Origin: Podarcis erhardii
Lineage: Eukaryota
NCBI GenBank assembly: GCA_964252035.1
Contig: OZ176209.1
Reading direction: 5' to 3' (one strand)
DNA length: 64,000 nucleotides
Shown here: positions 26,471-36,826 of the stretch, piece by piece
Numbering within the stretch: the stretch's first letter is position 1
How the letters are laid out: each line of letters begins with the position of its first letter
Notes under the pieces: generated by a model
The model's database searches: none
Seen by the model: only the letters and a program-made list of their open reading frames with translations
Told to the model about the DNA's origin: nothing
Made by a program: the position numbers and the translations under genes

Positions 26471-26817
26471 CATTGGCAATTTCCTCTCCCATTTCCCTTG
26501 GAATTCTCCAACATCCCTACCAGTAACATGTCATGAAAATATGAATAGCCACTGTATTGTTTTCTCTCAGATAGGATAGCAACCCTCCCCAAGAATGAAA
26601 GTGGGTGAGTTAAGAGCTTCGCCCAGAAAACTGAGAGGAAATGGATAAGAAGAAAGAAGAAATGAGCAAAGTAATGGCAGGAAAATGGTGAAAATGCTGA
26701 CTGTTGGACAAGCACAAAAGCCTGGTTCGCACCACATGGTAAGCCAGAATATGGTTTGTCATGTGGTTACAGGTTGTGGTTTAAGGCTTTTTTGTGCTTT
26801 TTGAAAACGCCGTTTCT

Positions 26818-28022
26818 CTACTAAAATTGATAACTTGGGACAAAAAGTGACTAACTTGGGACAAAAAGTGACTGATTTGGGACAAAAAGTGAACATCAAT
26901 ACAGAAATTATTCAGGATCTGATACAGGAATCTACTTTGACAAAATTGTCGAGAAGGCGAAGGCGAAGGAGAAAGTTGCTGTTGTTGAACCTAAAGTAAT
27001 ACAAGTGGGAGCCCCAGCCTTACAGAGGCAAATTGAGGACTATAAGTTGAGGCCTTTTATGATTGAATTTAGAAAAAGTCAGATTTTGAGGATCAGAGCC
27101 CTGCCTGGACTGGAGAAGGAAAGTTGGATAGATCCCTTCATGCAGGGATTTACTGACTTTTGGGATTTGGACTTGGGTCGTGAGGAGATTGGAGCTGTGG
27201 GGGACTTTGGATTTGGAGGAATTTTGAAACATGTCCTGAAATACCTTATGGATTTTAGATTTAACCATGGAGATTTGGTTGACCTGTTGAGAAGGAATAA
27301 AAGCATTGCTAGGTTGGAGCTTCCCCGAGATCTGCTCTTCAGTATTAAAGGAAGGAAAATAAGAACAAGATCAGTAGAAGACAAAGTAAAGTGCATGTAT
27401 AAATATGAAGAAGACCTGCAGAAGGGACTTGGAAAAGAGTTAAGAGCTTTGGACAGAAGATCACCAGGTTGATGGACTATTTGGAATTGACGAATGACTG
27501 GCAGTATCCGAGACCAGGGAGAAGAGATGGTGGAAGAAGATTGGAAAAAGTTTAAAGTTTATTTTCAGAAATAGAAATGTTGTAAAATTACTGAGTGTTA
27601 GAAAAATGTTGGAATGAAATCTTATGGCTTTAGTAGAAATGTTATAAGGAGTTAAGCATAAATAAGCATTATAGTATTAATGGAAAATAAGGGTAAAAAT
27701 AAGTTAAGATATTTATATGACAGAAAATAGAGAAAGATGGAAAGGAATTGCTGAAACAGTTAATAGAAGTGGAATACAAAAAGGGAGGTGAGAGGAGGTC
27801 GATGAAACAAGGGTATGAAAGATAGACTACTGAAATGGTATGATGTATGTTTTTAAATTTTGTTTTGTTTTGTTTTGTTTAGGTTAATGTTGTGTTTTGT
27901 ATTGTTTATATATTGTATTGTATTGTTTTTTCCCTTTCTTGTTGTTTTTTTCTTTTTGTCTTTTTTCTTCTCTTTCCTTTTTGTAAGTTTTTAAAAGTAA
28001 TAAATATTATTATAAAAAAAAA
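26818..28022 (+). mobile_element. 5'-truncated ORF2-less L1-derived retroposon (HAL1-like)
   Basis: Perfect 15-bp TSD GAAAACGCCGTTTCT (26803-26817 and 28023-28037); AATAAA and A tail; 3' UTR starts with about 95 nt homologous to the end of L1 ORF2 at 32915-33010. Confidence 0.88.
26820..27472 (+). pseudogene. ORF1p-like reading frame (coiled coil plus RRM-like region), 5'-truncated, with one frameshift
   Basis: Frame from 26820 encodes heptads NLGQKVT NLGQKVT DLGQKVN (stop 26997-26999). An overlapping frame is open 26876-27472 and contains LRIRALP and LPRD motifs reminiscent of L1 ORF1p; ends RSPG-stop. Confidence 0.65.
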
Positions 28023-28865
28023 GAAAACGCCGTTTCTATTTGCCTAAATAGCAGATTGCATGAGGCTTAAGGTTCACCATTTAATCTTGTCTCCATTGTT
28101 CAGAGATCAATAAGGTTTAAAGCACAGATGGAGATCACCCACACATTACAGAGTTCAGGTGTTCATTACACCATTCTAATGGAATCTCTGGCACGTAATC
28201 TACAGGGTACAGGAGCACTACCCTCGACAAAATGTTTTCTTAGTCACCAGCTGCACCGTGGTAATATGCGTTATCATTCATACAGTGCAATCTTTGCGAT
28301 GCAGGACTGCATTTTTATGTGTAGATTTCTATAAAATTATGTCCGGAAATCAATCCTTGACTGTTACTGAGCAACAGCAACAGTTGCTGTGTTACAGAAA
28401 AGGAATGGCATCTATGAACATCTCCTGTTTTGCTTCCGCCTTTACAATTTACCTTGCCTTCCCTCACACTGTTTTATGGTGGCATTAACCCCATGCTAGT
28501 GAGGAGAAAGCTTCAAGGGGGAAAAGATGAAGTGCAAAATCTTTACGGCGGAGCCAGATTATTATGTAACAGAGAATAATTCACGGTGGGAAGTAGAACT
28601 TGAACCTAAGCCAATAATTGCAGCATATCACGCTCGCTAACGCATTTGTCAATAATATCCCCTCTGAGCTAAGTGTATCCTATCCAATATTCCAAAAAAA
28701 ACAATGCTGAAATAAAACAGAGTTCTATTTTTTTTTATTCATTTCTTTCTAAAGCAAAGTTGGTGGCCCTATGCCAAGCACTGTTGGGGGGGGGGGGTGG
28801 AGAGACACCCAGCTACAAACAAGAGGAAAGTTTTTGGCGGTGCCGAAGGCAATCTGCAAGATTGC

Positions 28866-28988
28866 TGGCAATTGTAGTTTGTTAAGGGTCCTGGAAATTG
28901 TAGTTCTGTGAGACTACAGTTCCCAGAACTCTTTGGGTAAAGCCATGTGCTTTAAATGTGCTTTAAATATATGGTGTGGGCGTGACCC
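28866..28988. mobile_element. Short palindromic MITE (ACTGTAGTT/AACTACAGT family)
   Basis: Related to 56339-56435 and 59197-59358 (ACATTTAAAGCAC, GGGAACTGTAGTTT motifs). Confidence 0.55.
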
Positions 28989-31518
28989 TGCAAAAATAAA
29001 CATGGACATATCCAGCCATTGTGATGAGCTATAATATTAGAGTGTACTTACTTTATTTATTAGAAATAATTGTTCAGATTAGACTTAGTCACTCAGTGGA
29101 TGGCCATATGAGTAATAACTTGAGTTGGGAGATGTCATGCCAGAAAGACAGTGGCATGCTTGGCCAAGTAGTCCTGAACTGAGAATCTTATAAGGCTGCC
29201 ATAAAAGTAGGGAAGAGTTAAACTGCATACCATTTCGGTCCCTTCCAGCTCTTTGGATTTCTTTAAAAAGAATGAGCACATTTACAGGCTCTCACTCTTT
29301 TGGGTGGGTTTCAATCGCAGAATAGCAAATTCAGGTTATACAACTAATATTGATTTGGAGCTCCTGCGCAACAACCACCCTCTCCCCCAAAAAACCCCGA
29401 CTTCTAGTGATAAGGAAAGGGATGGGAAAATGCACTGGAATTTGACAGACACGTGCAACAACATCTAACCACCTCACAAAAAATCCAGAATGAATGCTAA
29501 ATACATAGTGTTGGCCAATCTCCCTGCAAACTTTGTGCAAACAAATCAAGTTGAATGCTCATTGAACAAGTCATTGGGAAGAGACCTGTAAAGCAGAGAG
29601 AAACATGAAGAAAATGCCACTATTTCCAACAAAATGCATGAAATAAAATCCTCCTTTTCTTTTTCTCTGCAGTTGAAGCATAACCTAACCTTGTATTTTA
29701 CAACTGCAGCCGACGATAGGTCATTTTGCTTAGAAGTTGACTCATTCCTCCTATTCAGGTGCTAGGAATAAATAGCATTTCAGAGCAAAGCAATTCTGGT
29801 ATTCGCAATAGCACCTTTTTCAATCAAAGCTGAATGTTTATTGCACATTTGAAAAGGCAGATTATCACCTTGCATTCACTTCTATTTCAGGATCTTCTTC
29901 ACACCTTCTGCCAAAAAGCCAGCAATATGAATCACTACTGGCTTAATTTTTCCATAAGCAAAATTAATGTAATTTTACACATCCCTCCTACACAGCCTTG
30001 CTAACCAGATTAGGAAAACTTAATAAAATTAGTTTATTCTAATTACAATAACATCTTGCCACCCCATATAATCATGGGTCTAGAGGAGGTCAATGAGGTC
30101 CAATCCTTTACCCTGAGGATGACCACTCGGGGTCTTTCTGCACTAACCATTTTTAGTGGTGTAGTTGTTACTTTTTCAGGATTTTTGGCATGCAGCCACA
30201 AAGCTTTGTCATTATTCAGCTAGTATTCTGGAATAATGCACTAAAAAAGTGCTTTCTATATTGCAAAAGGTCCAGACTAAATCTTCAGTGTTTTCATTTG
30301 TGTGGCATATGTACAAGCATCTTCCTGCATTTTTTGTATGGAGGGGTTGGGGGTTGGTGGGCATGGTTTTGGAGAGACATGTTTTGTCCCATTTTTCTCT
30401 TGACTAACACAAGTTGTCCACATGTGAAGTCAGTTCAGAGAAGAGATATAGCAGATAAAGATGATGGCACTGAGTCAAAGTACTGCCCATGACAGCAATC
30501 ATTAGCTGCAGACAAAATTTTGTCACAATAACCAGGCTGGCCATATCTCAAGCAGACATGTAGTACCTCTTCTGATCTCCTACACTTCCACAAGATTAGA
30601 ATTCCAGAATGCTAGGTATTAAATATGCACACACAAAAACTGCAAAATGTCTGTCTCCGTGTGCATGCTGGTAACTCCAACATTTACTGGCTCGAACCTG
30701 AGGATCACAGCCATGGAACTTTTCTCAGTTTGGGCACAACCTACCATCAGTGTGCACAGGAAAAACCCTGCATTCACTCTCTAATAACAGTGGCATGCAC
30801 CAGCAGAGCAGACAATCATCTTCAAATGACCTCTTAATAACGTCAGCTCAGACAGAAACTATGCCACTATAAATGGCAAGTGTGGAAAGGCTATCAGTAG
30901 ATCAATCACCACAGTTTAGCCTACATATTTCAGAGTAGGCAAAATCGCCTGCACCTGACCAAGATAGCTACAGGTGGCATCTGTGCAGTTTGTACAGTTC
31001 TCAGCAGTGTCCGTACTAAATAAGTGTTGTTGCATCCCTGCTAGTATCTCTGTCTCTTATTATCTGTAGGCTGTAGGACAGTATACACATATTATATGTA
31101 AACAGGTATAGCCCAGGAGCAGACTTGGCCCTGATGCATATTCAGTAGAACTTGTGAAAGACTGGCAAATTCAAATTAAAGTAATTGAAGTTGATTTGCT
31201 GTTCTTGCACAACAAACCCACTTCTGGGGGGAAGCACACTGGAAGGTGTGGGGTTGCATTTTTTATTTTTATTTTTTTTGACGTGGTGCCATATAACCTT
31301 CCCACAGGCAAAGTCCAATGAACGCTCAATAATTACCCAATATAATCTCACTGTCTGCCCTGCAAACTTTGTGCAAATAGATCAGGATGAATGCTCAGTA
31401 AATAGACCATCTAGAAGCAACCTGCCTCTCCATGAGTGGCTGGGATTGCCCTGATTGGCCATTGCCTCTCGCCACCCACAAACCCCGACCTAGAAGGACT
31501 ATGAAAGACTTTCTCTTC

Positions 31519-33042
31519 ATGACAGATACAGAGTCAGAACGGTTTCAGAGAGAAACAGAACTAACTGTGGTTAAAAAAGTAAAGTACCTAGGGGTAAATA
31601 TAACAGCAAAAAATCTGAGTCTATTTAAGGATAACTATGAAAAATGTTGGTCTGAAATTAAGAGAGACTTGGACAGTTGGACAAAACTGAAGCTTTCTTT
31701 GTTAGGCCGAATTGCTGCTATTAAGATGAATGTATTGCCAAAAATGTTGTTTTTGTTTCAAACACTACAGATTGTGGACAAGACGGAGTGCTTCCGGAGG
31801 TGGCAGAAAGATATATCTAAATTTGTCTGGCAGGGCAAAAAGCCCAGAATTAAGTTTAAGATATTAACAGATGTGAAAGAAAGAGGGGGCTTTGCCCTGC
31901 CAGACCTAAAGTTGTACTATGAAGCCGCAGCTTTCTGCTGGCTAAAAGACTGGCTACTTCTCGAAGACACTGACATACTGGACCTGGAAGGTTTTAACAA
32001 TGCTTTTGGTTGGCATGCATACTTATGGTATGACAAGGTTAAGATCAATAAGGCCTTTAAGAACCATATTGTCAGGAAAGCAGTGTTTAATGTCTGGACA
32101 AAATACAAAGACTTATTGGAAAATAAAACTCCAAGGTGGCTTTCACCTCTGGAAGCTAAGGCCCGAAAAAGACCCAATATGGAGGCCAAATGGCCAAAAT
32201 ATTGGGAAATATTAGAAAAAGATGGAGACAATTGGAAATTGCAGAGTTTGGAGAAAATGAAGGATAAAGTGCGAGACTGGTTACATTATGCTCAGATTAA
32301 AGAAGTTTTTAAAAATGACAAAAAGCTAGGGTTCCAGGTGGAGAAATCGAAGTTAGAAACAGAATTGTTAGAACCAAAGACTAAGGTACTTTCAAGAATG
32401 TATAACTTGCTGTTAAAATGGAATACACAAGACGAAACGGTTAAATCAGCTATGATAAAGTGGGCACAGGACATTGGGTATAATATCATGTTTGAGGACT
32501 GGGAAAGGTTGTGGACCACTGGGCTGAACTTCACTGCATGTAATGCTTTGAAGGAAAATGTAATGAAAATGATATATAGATGGTACATGACCCCAGTTAA
32601 ACTTGCCAAGATATACCATTTGTCTGATAATAAATGTTGGAAATGTAAAGAAAATGAAGGAACATTCTTTCACCTCTGGTGGACTTGCCCTAGGGTGAAG
32701 GCCTTCTGGGAAATGATATATAATGAGCTGAAAAAGGTATTTAAGTATACCTTCACCAAGAAACCAGAGGCCTTCCTTCTGGGCATTGTCGGCCAGAAGG
32801 TGTTAAAGAAGGACAGAACATTTTTTATGTATGCAACAACGGCAGCAAGGATACTCATCGCTAAGAATTGGAAAACTCAAGAACTACCCACACTGGAAGA
32901 GTGGCAGATGCAACTGATGGACTATATGGAACTAGCTGAGATGACTGGCAGAATCCAAGACCTGGGAGAGGAGAGGGTTGAAGAAGATTGGAAGAAATTC
33001 AAGATTTATTTAAAAAAACACTGTAATTTGGTTGAATCTTAA
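31519..33042 (+). CDS. L1 ORF2p fragment: end of RT (KYLG), GGFALPDLKLYY segment and C-terminal Cys/His region (CWKC...FFHLWWTC)
   Basis: 507 uninterrupted codons inside the TSD-defined insertion; motifs typical of vertebrate L1 ORF2p; lacks EN and the YADD core, so it is not autonomous. Confidence 0.9.
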   Translation: MTDTESERFQRETELTVVKKVKYLGVNITAKNLSLFKDNYEKCWSEIKRDLDSWTKLKLSLLGRIAAIKMNVLPKMLFLFQTLQIVDKTECFRRWQKDISKFVWQGKKPRIKFKILTDVKERGGFALPDLKLYYEAAAFCWLKDWLLLEDTDILDLEGFNNAFGWHAYLWYDKVKINKAFKNHIVRKAVFNVWTKYKDLLENKTPRWLSPLEAKARKRPNMEAKWPKYWEILEKDGDNWKLQSLEKMKDKVRDWLHYAQIKEVFKNDKKLGFQVEKSKLETELLEPKTKVLSRMYNLLLKWNTQDETVKSAMIKWAQDIGYNIMFEDWERLWTTGLNFTACNALKENVMKMIYRWYMTPVKLAKIYHLSDNKCWKCKENEGTFFHLWWTCPRVKAFWEMIYNELKKVFKYTFTKKPEAFLLGIVGQKVLKKDRTFFMYATTAARILIAKNWKTQELPTLEEWQMQLMDYMELAEMTGRIQDLGEERVEEDWKKFKIYLKKHCNLVES

Positions 33043-33349
33043 GAAAGGATGCTAGATCATAAATAATTGTGCACCACTAAATTAGAAAGAATTAAGATGA
33101 TAAGTAAATTTGAGAAAAAATTATAAACCTTTTGGAGAATTTATAGATTATATTTAAATGAATTTGACACAAGAGTGCAAACAAGATGATAAATTGCTGG
33201 CAAGAATTGACAACGATGCAAATGGGAGCGGGAGGCGTGAGGGAGTCCAAAGATGTTATGAAAAGATGTTATATTTGTTATACTGTTCTTTATTTTTGCA
33301 TTTATGTTTAAAAACCCAAATAAAATATATATATTTTTTTTAAAAAAAA
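31520..33349 (+). mobile_element. L1 LINE, 5'-truncated, young
   Basis: Perfect 17-bp TSD GAAAGACTTTCTCTTCA (31503-31519 and 33350-33366); open ORF2 C-terminal half; 3' UTR with AATAAA and A tail. Confidence 0.95.
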
Positions 33350-33714
33350 GAAAGACTTTCTCTTCAAACTGGAACTTTGCCTGGACTGCAACAGTGGTTT
33401 GTGACTTGTGGCAGCCAGATCTGACAGAAAGGCCTAAGCTCTGTGCTCTATCCTGAAGCATTAAAACATCCATTAGCAGTGCTCTGAGGTGTAGAAACAA
33501 AATGTGCTGTTTCTTGTAAATGCAATACACGGAACATTTAAAAACAGGGGCTGAGTATGCAGAGCCATACCAATGGATTACACACCCTGTTCTCCTGGCA
33601 TATGTGCCTTCACAGCACCTTCAAGGCCCTGTGTGTCAAGAAAAGCTGGTGTTTTTGCTTCTGCTGCTTTCAGTGCATGCCAGCAAACTGGCATAGACAG
33701 AGGTATCACTGCAA

Positions 33715-34048
33715 AGCTGGAAGGTACCAAGAGGGTCACCTCGTTCAACCCCCCACAATGCAGGAATCTCAACTAGATCATGCATGACAGATGGCCATCC
33801 AACCTCTGCTTAAAAACCCCCAAGGTAGGAGAGTCCACCACTGGATTCCCAAGGGAGTCCATTCCACTGTCGAACAACTTTTACTGTCAGGAAACTCTTC
33901 CTGATGTTTAGTCAGAATCTCCTTTCTTGTAACTTGAAGCCATTGGCTTGGGTCTTAGCCTCCAAAACAGGAGTAAACAAGCTTGCTCCATCCTCCATGT
34001 GACAGCCCTTTAGATATTTGAAGGTGGCTATCATATCTCCTTTAAGTC
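33715..34048 (-). mobile_element. CR1 LINE 3' fragment
   Basis: Homologous to 10941-11130 and to the reverse complement of 13318-13556 (ACAGATGGCCATCCAACCTCTGCTTAAA). Confidence 0.85.
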
Positions 34049-35555
34049 ACCCTCAAGTTGCATGCAGTTGCTTTTAAGTTACATTCTAATTTCATGATGG
34101 CTGGCAAACTGATAATGTACAGAACAACGTTAAAATAATCTCAAAATATAAGAGTATAAAACTACAACAAAAGACCGACAACAAAACCAGCAAGTCTGTT
34201 TGTGCTGCCGCAACCGACATCTCATCCGCTGTCACTGGTATATCTCCTAAGCAACAGGGCCCAACCCCCAAATCGGTTTCCATACTTATCTCATTCCTCC
34301 TCCCACTATCACTAGCTCTGCCAAGAAGCCTCCATGGGGTTTCTATCAATAATACGGCAACTGCATAGCTGCTTCAGATGGAAAGCGCAGTGCAAAAACA
34401 ACATAATAAGTAAGGGGGGGAGTCACTGGAAATCCCATAATAAAGGGGCAAAAGTAAAGGAGTGCCTACAGGTTGGTTCTTGTGCCAGGCACCCCATGAG
34501 CAAGCAAGAAGCAGTCCTGGGAGGGAGGGTGCCCATGTGGATTGGGTCCCAGTGTCCAGAACGCCTGGAGTTGTGGTTGAGCAAATAGGATAGTTTACCA
34601 TATTTTATCCTTGCCTTGACAGCTGTCTGACACAGATTAGACAGATGATTCCCCTCCTCCCCAAGCTAAATAAACTGATGCTGAAAGCTTCACCTGTTCA
34701 TTTTTTTGTGTCAACTTCTGTTACAGGCACAGGACCAGCTGTGAAGGGGTGGGGACTTTCTAGAAGCAAAGAAACTTAGGAAGCCAGAGAATTGTGGACC
34801 AACAAAACATAAGGTTATCTGATTCGAAACTGAGTGGTTTTGACCAGCTTAATATCTCAGTAAAGACCAAGGATCCCAATGGTGTTTTTAAGGGGTCCTC
34901 AAGGGGTCTAATATTAAATTACAAATTAAATTTGAATGCTATACTGAGTTCTTTAATGCTAGAAGTTCATTTTTCAGCATCTTCACCCTCATTCTCTGTT
35001 CTGCCTGCCTCTTTCTCTACCCATATATCAGCTAGGCTCCTCTTTAACAAACCGTTGCTCCCAGGGCACCCAAAGTGTTGTTGCTGTAAATTATTGTTGT
35101 TGAATACACTAATTTCAGGAGGGAAAATAATGTAACATTTGATCCTTGCCTGTGCAATGTTATTAGACGTGCATGTTTCAAAATCAATCAAATATTGCAT
35201 GGGGGTTTTCTCTGTGTGTTCTTGACTTTGTTCAGATAATATTTTCCAGAGACCAGAGCTACAATGCTCAACACATTTACTAGGCCAGGGAGGAAGCATC
35301 ATCAGACATAATGGGACATACTTCTGAATAAATGCCATAGGATTGCGCAGTTAGATTTTTTTGGTAGAGGTTGCCAACCTTTTCAGGCCTGTGTGCACAT
35401 TTGGAAAAGTGAAAAATTCCATTTCATCCCCAGCCATCTTAGCCAATGGTCAAGAATGATGGTAGTTGTAGTCCAGCAACAACTGATGCCCCATGATTGA
35501 CGCATACTATAACTTGATTTTTCTACCTTAGGCTGATGATGAGCACAGCTAGCGC

Positions 35556-35923
35556 GCAGACTGTCCAAGGGTTCCTATTTTCCAGGAACAGTCTCAGATT
35601 TACAGAAGTCATCCCAGTTTCTGATTTGATCCTGGAATATCTCACTTTACCTTAGGATGTCCCTATTTTCATTGGAGAAATGTTGGAGGGTATGGAGTTA
35701 TGCGACCCCCGAGCCAAGGAGCTAAGTAACTATACAACCTTTAGAAGACATCTGAAGGCAGCCCTGTATAGGGAAGTTTTTTAATGTTCAATGTTTTGTC
35801 ATGTTTTTATATATGTTGGAAGCCGCCCAGAGTGGCTGGGGCATAAAAAATAAAGCTATTATTATTATTATTATTATTGAATAGGACGTCCCTGTTTTCA
35901 CTGGATAAATGCTGTAGGATATG
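35556..35923. mobile_element. Composite MITE carrying an L2 3' end between duplicated 40-bp terminal modules
   Basis: Direct repeats 35655-35694 and 35884-35923; enclosed L2-type tail (GGAAGCCGCCCAGAG...AATAAA (TTA)n); near-matching 8-bp flanks GCTAGCGC / GCTAGCGT. Confidence 0.7.
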
Positions 35924-36676
35924 CTAGCGTCATGACTGTGGGGGAAACTGAACCAGTCCTAATTTAGCAGGTTTACCACTACAACACAGTGGCTTCCACA
36001 GTTGCCAGTTTAGGACTTGGGCACAATCTTCATTTTCCCTCATGGTTGCAGAATTTACCTATTGGAATAAGCAGGCCTAATTCTGGGCATGGTTTTCTCC
36101 ACTGAAGATAATGCATGACTCTGCCAAAAATCTGAGTGCTGTTGCAGTCAATGTTGGTTTCAGCAAAATTGCTCAGTTGAGACCTCTGCAGTGTTAGTCC
36201 TCTAATGCTCAGCTGAGCCCTTAATCAACATTGCCACCCCAACAGCAGCCTCCCAGATGTGCTGAATCCAGGTGCCCACCAAATTACCTCATTAATTCCC
36301 GTTTCTTCATCATTCTTTTGTTGAGGGTCACTGCCAATAAGCATTACAATGGGATTATTGTTTTACACTCCGCGTGAAAGAGGCGCTTAGCAGGAAGAAA
36401 TATGTTTAATCGAGCTAAAATCAGTTTAAGAAATGAATGCAAATTGAAATTATTTGGAACACTGCTAGAGTTTGGAAATTAATGCCATGTAGTAAAGGAA
36501 TTAAAACATCTCACTGGCTGAACTGGCTGGTGCATCAGTCTGTAGATTTCATTAACACCCACACAAATACAAGCACAGCTACATCCCACTAATAAAACCC
36601 ACCATCCAAATATAGAATCCTCATGAATACTTGTTGTACAGACAGGTTTGTTAAGTGTACTGCATGCCCAAATGTA

Positions 36677-36826
36677 CCGTATTTTTCTGTGTATAAGACT
36701 AGGTTATCTAACCCAAAAAATAGGTTTAAAATTGGGGCTCGTCTTATACATGGGTAGTGCTGAGGGTGGTTTTCTTAATTTGGAGTCCCCCAAAACAGGG
36801 GGCATCTTATACACAAAAAAATATGG
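36677..36826. mobile_element. Tc1/mariner MITE (CCGTATTTTT TIR)
   Basis: TA|CCGTATTTTTCTGTGTATAAGA ... TCTTATACACAAAAAAATATGG|CA. Confidence 0.8.

Noticed and set aside
26832-26892. Short direct repeats resembling a CRISPR array
   Set aside because: No spacers; they are in-frame tandem heptad repeats in eukaryotic DNA
31432-31518. N-terminal 29 codons of the 536-aa ORF
   Set aside because: They lie outside or within the L1 TSD (31503-31519), so they are flanking host DNA fortuitously in frame. The ORF is a truncated L1 ORF2, not a host gene or chimeric gene on present evidence.
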